Source: an uncultured bacterium (GTDB taxonomy: Bacteria; Bipolaricaulota; Bipolaricaulia; UBA7950; UBA9294). Taken from it: a DNA stretch of 64,000 nt. The notes beneath the pieces were generated by a model. That model had not been told where the DNA came from and ran no database searches. It saw only the letters and a list, made by a program, of their open reading frames with translations. Where the stretch lies: assembly GCA_903857865.1 (NCBI GenBank), contig CAIOGO010000006.1, positions 66,511 to 130,510 on the forward strand, read 5' to 3'. The translations under genes were made by a program, and so were the position numbers. Shown in pieces: positions 48,626 to 58,220 of this stretch (positions within the stretch are counted from its first letter, which is position 1; the number at the start of each line of letters is the position of its first letter).

Positions 48626-49335
48626 CGCTCCTCCTCTCTCTTGTCCGATGCCGCACCCCCGTGCGACCCTCCGGTTCCCTGCGCCAAATCCAGCTTGATG
48701 CGCTCCAGCGTGTTCCGCAGATCGACCGTCCCAATTCGTTGCACGTCCGGATCGAACAGCGCATCGAGCGGCGCCATCGCGACCAGGCTGATCTCCGCCG
48801 AGATGCCGCCTGCGGAGAGCTTCTTCCGCAACAAGTGAATGTGCAGATTCGTCTCCGCGGCGTGCTCGAGGAATGCCTCATCCAGGTTCTTCCGCAGCGT
48901 TCGCTGCACGAGAGTCTGTTCCTCCGGCCTCGCTACGCCGCGCAACCGACTCGCCACCGCGACGCACAGGGCATCCGCCAGCGATAGGGACTGCGCCCCC
49001 GCAGTATCGACGCCGCACTCCTTGAGCGCCGCCTCGTCGAACCACGTCGCGCCGCGCAGATGATCGAACGCCACACGGACCTTCGCGTTGACCTGCTGCG
49101 TGATCACGTCGGCCAGATCGTCGAGCGGGTGCGTGTCCTTCATCGCCTTGACCCGTTCGATGCGCTCCAGAATCTTGTCGCGCGGGAAGAACGTCTCCTG
49201 CCCGGTGAACGTCGAGCGCCGCACGAACCACGCCTCGGGGATGAGGCCCTTCCTCTTCCAACGGTAGAGCTGGCCGTACGAGATGTCGGTCTGAAGAAGG
49301 ACTTCCTTCTTCGAGATCAGGTTCTCCTCATCCAT
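48622..49335 (-). CDS. YhbD/DUF4004-family protein
   Basis: LISKKEVL..TDISYGQLYRWKRKGLIPEAWF.RRSTFTGQETFFP. Confidence 0.88.
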   Translation of the reverse strand: MDEENLISKKEVLLQTDISYGQLYRWKRKGLIPEAWFVRRSTFTGQETFFPRDKILERIERVKAMKDTHPLDDLADVITQQVNAKVRVAFDHLRGATWFDEAALKECGVDTAGAQSLSLADALCVAVASRLRGVARPEEQTLVQRTLRKNLDEAFLEHAAETNLHIHLLRKKLSAGGISAEISLVAMAPLDALFDPDVQRIGTVDLRNTLERIKLDLAQGTGGSHGGAASDKREEER

Positions 49336-49458
49336 GGGCGTGACACCTCCCCTCGTCTTCTTGGGGTCCGCGCATCTTCTCACGCGAACATCGGTTCGAG
49401 CGCGAGCCGCCCGCGCGGGACGCTGGCATTGTAACAACACACTGTGTCGCGGTCAATG

Positions 49459-49770
49459 GCTGAGCGCGGCGGGACACATCATGCCGCGCTCAGCTAGGGA
49501 GTTCCGACTGCGTCGGAACTCTAGGCCTGTCGCCGGGACACACCGTAGCTCACTCAGCTAGGGAGTTCCCGCGGTGCAGGAACTCCTGGCACCATCAACG
49601 GGACGCACCACGCCGCGCTCAGCTAGGGGGTTCCGACGCAGTCGGAACTCCAGGCATCTGTCATCGTGACGCACGTTGTCCCACTCAGCGGCTAAACGAG
49701 ACGGGACGGACTCTGTCTCGTTCAGCTAGAGAGTTCCCGCTACACGAGAACTCCAGGCCTGTCGCCGTGT
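49459..49770 (+). repeat. Tandem array of four double-hairpin/REP-like units
   Basis: TCAGC-TAG-RGRGTTCC-N9-GGAACTCY with TAG at 49495, 49559, 49624 and 49727; period 64-65 bp. Confidence 0.88.
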
Positions 49771-50047
49771 CAGACGCTGTCTTGCTCTTCCGGCTCTCCA
49801 CCTTGGCGATCTTGGCGCTCTCCGCGTGATTGCGTGTGTTGGACTCGCGGCTGATTCCCTCGCGCCAAGGGCGCCAAGGAAGGCATGTCACAACGCGTGT
49901 CTGATCCCCCACCTGTCTCGGGAGTCCCCGCCGCACGGAGACTCCCGCGCTGCTCGCCGGGACTCATCTTGTCTGACTTACCCCGTCGCCGCGAATTACG
50001 CACTCGGTGCCGCGGACCCGGCGACTCCACGTTCGAGGAATCGAAGG

Positions 50048-51691
50048 TCACATCCCCGGGCACTGACGTGCCACGGCCGCGTCGATGCCTTTCTTCCCGT
50101 ATGCCTTCTGGAAGTGAGACGCGAACTCGCTTGCGAGCTTGGCTGAGCGCTCGTCGAACGCGGCTTTGTCCTTCCACGTGTCGCGCGGGCGAAGGACGCC
50201 GCTCGGAACGCCGGGGCACGTCTGCGGGATCTCGACATGGAACGTCCGATCCTCGTCGTAGGCAACCTTGTCGAGCGCGCCCTCGAGTGCCGCGCGGACC
50301 ATCGTGCGCGTCAGCGTGATGTCCATGCGCTTGCCGACGCCGTACGGCCCACCGCTCCAGCCGGTGTTCACGAGGAACACCTTCGTCCCGTGGCGGTCGA
50401 GTTTCTCGCCGAGCATACGCGCGTAGACATCGGGGTTCCGCGGCATAAACGGCTCTCCGAAGAAGCGCGAGAACGTCGACTTCGGCTCGACAATGCCGGT
50501 CTCGGTGCCCGCCAGCTTGCTCGTGTAGCCCATGAGGAACCAGAGCATCGCCTGCTCTTTCGACAGCCGCGCAATCGGCGGCAGGACGCCGTTCGCGTCC
50601 GCGGTGAGGAAGAGGACCGTCGATGGGTGGCCGGAGCATGCCGAGGGTTTGATGTTCCCGAGGTACGTCAGGGGGAACGACGCGCGCGAGTTCGGGGTGA
50701 GGCGATCGTCGTCGAGGTCGAAGGCCCCGTTCGGATAGGCCATCGCGTTCTCGACGATCGTACCGTGCCGGCGCCAATCGTCGTCGTGGAACACGGCGTG
50801 GTAGATCTCAGGTTCCTTCGACGCGTCGAGTCCGATGAGCTTCGCAAAGCAGCCATTCTCGAAGTTCCAGACCCCGTCGTCACTCCAGCCGTGCTCGTCG
50901 TCGCCGAGGAGCGCGCGCGTCGGGTCGGCCGACAGCGTTGTCTTACCGGTCCCCGAGAGTCCGAGGAGGAGCGCGGAGTCGCCTCGCTTGCCCTCGTTGG
51001 CCGAGCAGTGGAGCGGCAGGACGCCGACGCCCGGCAGGAGGTAGTTCATGACCGAGAACATGAGCTTCTTCACGGAGCCGCAGTAGGCCGACCCGTAGAC
51101 GATGCCGATGCGGCGGTCGAAATCGATGGCGATGGCCATCGTCGTCGTCTTGCCCGTGCCCGGGTCAACGCGCAGCCGCCCCGCATATCGCACAGGATCG
51201 AGCTTGTCGTTCGGCAGCGCGAGGATCGTGAACGCGCGGTCGCCGAAGATGCCCTTCTCCGCGCCGGCAGGGATCGGGCGGAACATGTTGTCTGTGAACA
51301 GGGCCGTCAGCGCGCGATCGGTGATCGTGCGGGCAATGAGCGCGTAGTGCGGATCCGCGCCGAGGGCGCGCTCGGTGACGTAAAGTCGTTTCTTCGCGCG
51401 AAGGACGGAGACCGCGTCTTCGAACAGGAGGTCGAACGTCTCCTCGGTGATCGGAAGGTTGTTCGGCGAGTCCCAGTCGATGTCCTTCTCGCTCGACGGT
51501 CGACGCACCGACACCGTATCCTTGGGGCTGCGGCCCGTGGACTCCGGCCGACTCCACGTCGCCAAGGCGCCGTTCGGCGCAACCAGCGCCTCCTTGCGGT
51601 CCACCGCGTCCTCGATCGCGCGTTCGCGCGACGGGTTCAGCACGACGCCGCGATGCCCAAGCAACCCCGCCAGTTCCCGATCCAGATCCAT
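50048..51691 (-). CDS. pckA: Phosphoenolpyruvate carboxykinase (ATP)
   Basis: TGRSPKD, LHCSAN, GLSGTGKTTLS, GDDEHGW and LVNTGW. Confidence 0.95.
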   Translation of the reverse strand: MDLDRELAGLLGHRGVVLNPSRERAIEDAVDRKEALVAPNGALATWSRPESTGRSPKDTVSVRRPSSEKDIDWDSPNNLPITEETFDLLFEDAVSVLRAKKRLYVTERALGADPHYALIARTITDRALTALFTDNMFRPIPAGAEKGIFGDRAFTILALPNDKLDPVRYAGRLRVDPGTGKTTTMAIAIDFDRRIGIVYGSAYCGSVKKLMFSVMNYLLPGVGVLPLHCSANEGKRGDSALLLGLSGTGKTTLSADPTRALLGDDEHGWSDDGVWNFENGCFAKLIGLDASKEPEIYHAVFHDDDWRRHGTIVENAMAYPNGAFDLDDDRLTPNSRASFPLTYLGNIKPSACSGHPSTVLFLTADANGVLPPIARLSKEQAMLWFLMGYTSKLAGTETGIVEPKSTFSRFFGEPFMPRNPDVYARMLGEKLDRHGTKVFLVNTGWSGGPYGVGKRMDITLTRTMVRAALEGALDKVAYDEDRTFHVEIPQTCPGVPSGVLRPRDTWKDKAAFDERSAKLASEFASHFQKAYGKKGIDAAVARQCPGM

Positions 51692-52097
51692 GCTCTCCTC
51701 ACCCGCGTGTCGGCCGGGGGCGTTCCCGCGGCCGCAGATGGCCGGATCATAGCCAACGGAGACCGGGTTCTAAAGGCAGGTCGGCCTCGCGGCCCGGCGA
51801 CGGAGGGAGACGCCATGCCGCGCAGCAGGCCCGCAGGATGCCGCCGCCTCGGGGGCAACACCCCGTCGCCCCAGGCGTGCCGGGATTCGCACATCGCTCA
51901 GTTCGGAGTGCGCAGAACGCAGTTGATTGACACCGCTCCGGTCAGGAATGATCCAAGCGGGGCGCCCCCCCTGCACCACACCTTTCCCAAGACGGGGAGT
52001 CCCTCACGGAGCGTGCTCTACGCTGGAGAGGGCCCGGATGCCGCTCCTGCTGGTCAACGAGCTCGCCACATCCGACTCGCGGATCCGTGAGCTTTGC

Positions 52098-53396
52098 CTA
52101 CATCCGGTCCTTCCCCTCCAACCCTGGGAGGCTCGCAAGGCCGTTCCGAAGCTGCTTTCTTTGCCAGGAGCTGTACCAAAAGATCGTCAGGACGGCACCA
52201 ACCATGCCAATACTCGCTGCAAATGGTAACATCGCCTGGATGCCGGCAACGTCTACTAGCGCGCCACATGCCAGAGGTCCAAGCATCTGCCCTACGCCGA
52301 ACGCTCCGCTTTGCAGGCCGGCCATCACTCCCATGCCATGCTCTCTGCCGCGCTCCACTCGCTCGGCGAGCATCGATGCCCTCGATAGCGCATCGAGCAC
52401 ACCCATCGCGAAGGCTAGGGACAGGACGGCCCATAGTTGATGCACGAACTGGATCGACAACAGAGCCAAAGGTGAGATCACGGCCCCAACGGCTATCTGA
52501 GGGAGCCGACGATAGCGATCGGCGAGCCACCCGAATGGTATCTGGAGTAGCCCTCCGGCAACGAGCTGAACGGTCAGAACAAGCCCGATCGACGACTCGG
52601 AGAAGCCGGCCACGCTCGCGGCGAAGAGTGGATAGAACGTGTTGAACCCTTGCTGCCAGAACCCGCGGGTGATCCAATACACTAGTAGTGTTCTGACCCC
52701 GGGGTCGCGGAACTCAGTGCCTGTCTTCGTGGGGTCGGAGGCTCCGGCCGCCTTTCGATCGGCCTTCGTGTTTCTGGGAAGGACGACCGCCACGAGCGCA
52801 AGAGCTCCGAAACTGAGGGCGGCCATCACCAAGAAGACCGCTTTGTAGGACCACAGCTCGGCGACCCCTCCACCAATCAACGGGCCAAGCGCCATTCCGA
52901 TGAACATCGACGAGTAGAAGACGTTGATGTACTTCCCCTCGCTCCCCGCGGGCGTTAGATCCCCAACATATGCTTGGGCGACCGGTGTCACCATGACCGC
53001 GGCCGCGCCTTGGAGGAACCGAAAGACCCCAAGATGCCACAGGGAGGTGGCAAAGACGAAGAGGATAGATACGGCCCCGTAGGCCGCGAGCCCCGCGAGC
53101 ATGATCCTCTTGCGGTCGGTTCGATCGGAGATCCTCCCCACGAGCGGGGCGACAAACGCGCGAGCCGCTGAGAACGCCGCAAACACAACGCCGATGGAGA
53201 ACGCACTGGCCGAGAAACCCCGCGCATAGAGAGGGAAGATGGGGGCTATGATCCCCATCCCAATCTGCGCGGCACAGGTTGCCACGAAGAGAGCCAGGAA
53301 GGTCGCCCTCAATCGGCTCGTCTCCAGCTTCGTGGCAACCTCCTCAAGCGATGTCCGTCTCCAGAAGCCGAGTATCGAATCGGCCTGCACGCGCAC
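52098..53396 (-). CDS. MFS transporter (DHA1-like)
   Basis: GRISDRTDRK motif A; RFLQG; about 12 TM segments. Confidence 0.88.
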   Translation of the reverse strand: MRVQADSILGFWRRTSLEEVATKLETSRLRATFLALFVATCAAQIGMGIIAPIFPLYARGFSASAFSIGVVFAAFSAARAFVAPLVGRISDRTDRKRIMLAGLAAYGAVSILFVFATSLWHLGVFRFLQGAAAVMVTPVAQAYVGDLTPAGSEGKYINVFYSSMFIGMALGPLIGGGVAELWSYKAVFLVMAALSFGALALVAVVLPRNTKADRKAAGASDPTKTGTEFRDPGVRTLLVYWITRGFWQQGFNTFYPLFAASVAGFSESSIGLVLTVQLVAGGLLQIPFGWLADRYRRLPQIAVGAVISPLALLSIQFVHQLWAVLSLAFAMGVLDALSRASMLAERVERGREHGMGVMAGLQSGAFGVGQMLGPLACGALVDVAGIQAMLPFAASIGMVGAVLTIFWYSSWQRKQLRNGLASLPGLEGKDRM

Positions 53397-53594
53397 CTAT
53401 TCGGGAACCGCGCAGAAGACTCTGTCTCCGGTGTCCCCGTCCACCCGACAAACCCTGGGGAGCACACCGCCCACGATTCGCGAGCACCGCGAGGGATCGA
53501 GCCCGCTGCGCACCTCAGGGGCGGGGCAAGCCGCTAGGAAACCAGCACTCTCGCGTGGATGCCCGACGTACGCGCTCTCAACCGCCTCCGAGGA

Positions 53595-53909
53595 CTAGTC
53601 GTCATCACTGCTCGCGGAGGTCCTCTCGTCTCCCAGGATGATGGAAGATGCTATGGCCGAAAGGCGGACGGGTCGAACCGGGAAGCGGACTGTACAGGAT
53701 TCCACCGCACTAAGCGGAACTCCCGTTTGTTCACTGATGATTCTCTCGATCAGTCTTCCACAGGTCCGTCCTTGGCAAGGGCCCATCCCAGCGCGGGTCA
53801 TCCGCTTGATCTCTCCTGCCGTGCGGCATCCTGCCTTGATCGCCGCAAGGATCTCCTGTTTCGTGACTTCCTCACAACGGCAGATGACAAGATCGCTATT
53901 GCCTTCCAC
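53595..53909 (-). CDS. BFD-like [2Fe-2S] protein
   Basis: CRCEEV...TRAGMGPCQGRTC...RFPVRP. Confidence 0.88.
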   Translation of the reverse strand: MEGNSDLVICRCEEVTKQEILAAIKAGCRTAGEIKRMTRAGMGPCQGRTCGRLIERIISEQTGVPLSAVESCTVRFPVRPVRLSAIASSIILGDERTSASSDDD

Positions 53910-54444
53910 TGTTCTTTCCCCCTCCCACGCGGCGGAAGAAGCGCACGTCCATTCCGAGACCTTTCGGAGTCAGGAGAGTCACCACAGCCGTGCGATCGTT
54001 TCGTTCGCGCGCATCGACGGTCAATGTCCTTGCGGTGCACACGGCCCGACCCTCTCGATCGACTCCCTCCACCAATTCGCCCGACTCAGGTAGGGGAAGG
54101 AACTCATACGGAATGCTCACGTGATCGCCATCATCGGAACTCAGATCGACTACGAAGATTGCGAGTCCCGGACAGCGGGATACACAAAGCGCGCAGCCAA
54201 CGCAGCCCTCCGGATCCAGACAGGGTTGACTGGTCACCGTGCTGCCGACCCGAATCGCTCCCCGTGGGCAGTTGCCCTCACAAGGATTGCACGGAATCTC
54301 CTCGCTGCACTCGATAACAGCGACTGGACCTTGCCGAAGACGCTGGGCCGAAGGCACGCCAGGGCAGCAAGCCAGTTCTGCTGAGCTCAGTACGCCTGTC
54401 TTCCGCAGCGCCTTCTCGTGAACCTCAAGTCCCTGTTTGCTCAT
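53896..54444 (-). CDS. 2x[4Fe-4S] ferredoxin subunit
   Basis: CSEEIPCNPCEGNCP and CVGCALCVSRCPGLAI. Confidence 0.88.
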   Translation of the reverse strand: MSKQGLEVHEKALRKTGVLSSAELACCPGVPSAQRLRQGPVAVIECSEEIPCNPCEGNCPRGAIRVGSTVTSQPCLDPEGCVGCALCVSRCPGLAIFVVDLSSDDGDHVSIPYEFLPLPESGELVEGVDREGRAVCTARTLTVDARERNDRTAVVTLLTPKGLGMDVRFFRRVGGGKNSGRQ

Positions 54445-55528
54445 AGGATCTCACCACATCATCCTTCGCCCTTCTTCGTTCCACACCGAACGGGCCGCTT
54501 CGTAGCTCGTTCAAGGCCTCGATGTACGACCCAAGTCTCTCCTCGTACTCGCCGCGCTCTACGAGCCCGAGTGCAGATGCCGCCGACAACCCCGCCAGCT
54601 TCCCTTCTTCGATGGCTGTTGACGCCTCCTCGATTCCCGAAACATCGCCGGCCACATAGAGCCCCGTGACGCTGGTTTCCATCCCGAGGGAGTGCACGGG
54701 AACCTTCCCTCCCAGCGCCGGAACGTTGGCAAGCCGGCAACCTGCCATCTCGGCAAGCCGCGTCCGAGGGGTCATGCCGACCGCGAGGCAGACTGTGTCC
54801 ACTTCAAGAAGCTTCTCCGTACCGGCGACAGGACGGAACCTCTCGTCAATCTGCTGGATTACAACTTGGTCAACGTGGCTGTCCCCCCGCGCCTCTTTGA
54901 TCGTGTGTCGCGGCAGGATCGGTATGCCCAGGCGCCTGACCTTCGCCGCATGGACCCCCCAACCCCCTATGTTGGGCAGCGCCTCCACGATTGCCACCAC
55001 ATCAATCCCCGCCTGCATCAACTGGTAGGCAACGATGAGTCCGACGTTCCCGCTTCCGACGACAACCGCACGCTCTCCCACCGGGACACGATGCACGTTC
55101 ACGAAGGTCTGCGCTGCCCCGGCCGTTATCACACCAGGCAAGGTCCATCCCGGGAATGCAGCAGCGTTCTCCCCCGCGCCCGTGGCGAAAACGGTGCATC
55201 TCGGGCGGAATCCCAGAAGCCGCTCCTGTTTCACGGCCATGACGACGAGCCCGTCGAATACGCCGACTACAGGAGTCTCCAGCCAGATGTCCACTCCATG
55301 TTCCCGAGCTTCCTGGATCAGCTTTGCGCCGATGTCGACGCCTCGGGTACCTGCGAAGTGACGTTCGGATCCAAAGAACTTGTGCGTCTGCTTGAGGAGT
55401 TGACCGCCGGGCCTCGTGTTCTCGTCGACGACTCGTACTGACGCCCCGCGGCCCGCGGCCTCGACCGCCGCCGCAAGTCCGGCCGGCCCGGCTCCAACAA
55501 TCAGGATGTCCGGAGTATCAGTTATCAC
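54425..55528 (-). CDS. FAD/NAD(P)-binding oxidoreductase (sarcosine oxidase alpha / HcnB-like)
   Basis: GAGPAG, GGQLLKQTHKFFG, FPGWTLPGV, GSGNVG and AGDVSGIEEA. Confidence 0.88.
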   Translation of the reverse strand: MITDTPDILIVGAGPAGLAAAVEAAGRGASVRVVDENTRPGGQLLKQTHKFFGSERHFAGTRGVDIGAKLIQEAREHGVDIWLETPVVGVFDGLVVMAVKQERLLGFRPRCTVFATGAGENAAAFPGWTLPGVITAGAAQTFVNVHRVPVGERAVVVGSGNVGLIVAYQLMQAGIDVVAIVEALPNIGGWGVHAAKVRRLGIPILPRHTIKEARGDSHVDQVVIQQIDERFRPVAGTEKLLEVDTVCLAVGMTPRTRLAEMAGCRLANVPALGGKVPVHSLGMETSVTGLYVAGDVSGIEEASTAIEEGKLAGLSAASALGLVERGEYEERLGSYIEALNELRSGPFGVERRRAKDDVVRSYEQTGT

Positions 55529-55842
55529 GACTCTCCCGCCCCCGTACTGATCACCATGCCCGCTTCCACGGGCGTCACGCAGCTTCGGACGTTCGGCGTC
55601 CCATTCACGGTCACCATGCAATCCGTGCAAAGCCCGATGCCACAGAACAATCCCCGAGGCTCACCTCGCTTCTCCGTCCGTCTCGTGGCGCGGATTCCGT
55701 AGGCCAGAAGCGTGGCAAGAATCGGCTCTCCTTGGCGAGCCCGCAGCGGCGTGGAGTCAACGATGATCGTGCACTCCTCCGCGTACTCCAACGGCCCAAG
55801 CACTGGGTGCTGGTGGATCCTCCGGCCTTCCGCTTTCGTCAT
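55525..55842 (-). CDS. [2Fe-2S] subunit (HcnA-like)
   Basis: PRGLFCGIGLCTDC...NVRSC. Confidence 0.88.
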   Translation of the reverse strand: MTKAEGRRIHQHPVLGPLEYAEECTIIVDSTPLRARQGEPILATLLAYGIRATRRTEKRGEPRGLFCGIGLCTDCMVTVNGTPNVRSCVTPVEAGMVISTGAGES

Positions 55843-55922
55843 CGCTATCTCCCTCTTGTCTTCGATCGACTGGGCCACGGGCGCCTTCTTGCGAACGCCG
55901 TGCGCCCCACCTATCGGACACC

Positions 55923-57116
55923 CTAGCCCTCCTTGGCTCGTACCTCCTCAAACTGCGCTCGGATGCCCTCCAGAAGCTGCGGGTTCGCCAGGATGCGCTC
56001 CGTCGCAAGCGCCATCGCTTTGGCTGCCACTTCGATGGCTTTGCGGGCCTGCCCACTCTTTGCAGCTTCCGTCCAAGTCCGGGTGTGTCCGGGCGTTCCG
56101 GCGGGTACGAACGCGACCTTGAGCGTCGCGGCGGGGAGCCGATGGCTCACGTTGCCGAAGTCTGTGCTACCCAACTCCTTCTCCGGTTCGAGGATCTGAT
56201 CCGCCCCCACCTGCGAGGCTTCGGCAAGCAGGAGATCGCTGAGCAGGGGAACGAGAAGCTTGTTGTCGTTCCCGGCTTCGTAGCAGACCGCCAGCTCCGT
56301 TCCGGTTGCAAGGGCTCCGGCCCGCGCGCAATTGATGACGCGCTCTTTGATCTCGTTTAGGTATGACCTATTCTCCGCCCGCACCATGTACTCCAGCGCT
56401 GCGTGTTCGGGGACGATGTTCGGCCGTAGGCCGCCGTCCGTTATGATCCCATGGAGCCTCACGTCGGATCGTACGTGCTCCCGGAGGAACTCCAACGCAG
56501 TCATCGTCAGCAGAGCTGCATCGAGCGCGCTGGCCCCCAGATGCGGGTACTTGGACGCGTGAGCGGGCCTCCCTCCGAAACGGAACTCCACGGAGTCTAC
56601 GGCAAGATTGCGCCCCATCGTCGTCGTCCGATCGCTCGGATGCATCATGAGAGCGATGTCCAACTCGTCGAAGACCCCGTGGTCCAGCATGGTCTGCTTG
56701 ACATGAAGTTTCGAGGTTTCCTCCGCCGGCGTCCCGATGACGCAGATCTGGCCGCTAAGCTCGGGACAGGCTGATGCCAGCGCAACGGCCGCACCTACAG
56801 CGGAAGCAGCGATGAGGTTGTGACCACACGCGTGCCCTAGCTCAGGAAGCGCGTCGTACTCGGCGATGAATCCAACAGCCGGGCGGCGGCGCTCTCCTTT
56901 CCACGCGACAAAGGCTGTCTCAATGCCGGCTACGCCGGTCGTACACTGAAAGCCTTTGGCCCGCAGATACGTGACCACGTGCTCCCGGGCCTGGAACTCC
57001 TCCCCACTCAGTTCGGGGTGCTCATGAAGGAAACTCGCTAACGCCCAGAGCTCCGCCATCAGTCCATCGACGGCGGAGCCGATTCCGGCGCGCTCCGTCT
57101 CGGGTTTCTTCTTCAT
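55923..57116 (-). CDS. M20-family amidohydrolase
   Basis: HPE, EYDALP, GHACGHN, GTPAEE and GSTDFGNVS. Confidence 0.9.
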   Translation of the reverse strand: MKKKPETERAGIGSAVDGLMAELWALASFLHEHPELSGEEFQAREHVVTYLRAKGFQCTTGVAGIETAFVAWKGERRRPAVGFIAEYDALPELGHACGHNLIAASAVGAAVALASACPELSGQICVIGTPAEETSKLHVKQTMLDHGVFDELDIALMMHPSDRTTTMGRNLAVDSVEFRFGGRPAHASKYPHLGASALDAALLTMTALEFLREHVRSDVRLHGIITDGGLRPNIVPEHAALEYMVRAENRSYLNEIKERVINCARAGALATGTELAVCYEAGNDNKLLVPLLSDLLLAEASQVGADQILEPEKELGSTDFGNVSHRLPAATLKVAFVPAGTPGHTRTWTEAAKSGQARKAIEVAAKAMALATERILANPQLLEGIRAQFEEVRAKEG

Positions 57117-57155
57117 CTTCGGCCTCCTCCCAATCCCGGGATATGCGCGTCGAGG

Positions 57156-58220
57156 TCACTTGAGCTCGTCAACGACGATCTCTCCATCCTTTAGAACGGC
57201 CACCCCATCCACCGAGAAGCTGCAATTCCTCATGCAGAAATCGATGTGTGCCGGTGTCACGTTCGCTCCCCCCAGCCCGACGAAATAGTTCGCCCCCATG
57301 CCGAAGAGGATGTTGCCGTAGAACGACTCAGCGTCCATCCCTCCACCGGGGCCGGGCAGCGCTTGCTCGATCCAGATCGCTCTGTGCTCGCAACCCCACC
57401 CAATGTGCGCGGGGATGAACGCTTTCTCGTCACCCCAAGTATTCATGTACTCTCGGATGAGATAGCCGTCGATGCCTCCGCCTTTGATGCCCACCATCTT
57501 CCCGCTCTTGAACTCGCACCGGATCGGCTCGGAGATGTATCGCTCGACGCGCAGCACAATGTCCCCCACATCCAGCACCAGAACGCCTTCGGCGCTCCCC
57601 TCAATCGGGGCGCAGGCGACTTGCCCTGACGGCCAGTGATCCCACCGGCCGGGGATGTCCGATGCCCCATACTGGAAGATCCCCTTTCGCCCCTTCTTGC
57701 TGAACGTGAGGTCCGTGCCTGCACGAGATGTGAGGTGCAGCTTCGTTCCTTTCTCGAGAAAAGCTGCTCCAGCCCGCGTGCGCTCACGAATCTCCTTGCA
57801 GGGCAACAGTCGGCGTAGGACCTCGGGGGGGTTGTTGACCATGAGGGTTCTTGTCCCACTCGCTAGAATCTGGTTGTGGACATTCGTGTACAGCCACCCA
57901 ACCGTGGACATGTCAATCACGAGGTCTGCCGCCTTCATCGCCTCCAACGGCCCTCGAGGCGGGATGACGTCATCGCTGGCTGCTCGAACAATGCGCCGAG
58001 TAGATGAGGTGAAGAAGGGGACCCGGAGTTCGAAGACATGCGCGCCCAACTCCTGCGCCGCGCCCATAAACGCGGCCGGGTAGTGCGGATTCGTCCTCGA
58101 GTCGCACATGAGGGCCACGGTCTCGCCGGGTTGCAGGTTGCATTCCTGCAACTCCTGTCTGAAAAGCGATACGAGCTCTCCCGTCATCTCGTAGGACAGT
58201 GGAAAGTCATTCCTTGCCAT
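57156..58220 (-). CDS. Peptidase M29-fold protein, NicX (2,5-dihydroxypyridine dioxygenase)-like
   Basis: PGRWDHWPSG, AHIGWG and AHIDF (His..HxD metal triad). Confidence 0.7.
   Translation of the reverse strand: MARNDFPLSYEMTGELVSLFRQELQECNLQPGETVALMCDSRTNPHYPAAFMGAAQELGAHVFELRVPFFTSSTRRIVRAASDDVIPPRGPLEAMKAADLVIDMSTVGWLYTNVHNQILASGTRTLMVNNPPEVLRRLLPCKEIRERTRAGAAFLEKGTKLHLTSRAGTDLTFSKKGRKGIFQYGASDIPGRWDHWPSGQVACAPIEGSAEGVLVLDVGDIVLRVERYISEPIRCEFKSGKMVGIKGGGIDGYLIREYMNTWGDEKAFIPAHIGWGCEHRAIWIEQALPGPGGGMDAESFYGNILFGMGANYFVGLGGANVTPAHIDFCMRNCSFSVDGVAVLKDGEIVVDELK

Noticed and set aside
49459..49770. CRISPR array or integron attC sites
   Set aside because: Inter-repeat segments resemble each other; no RYYYAAC/GTTRRRY box pairs, cassette ORFs or integron integrase
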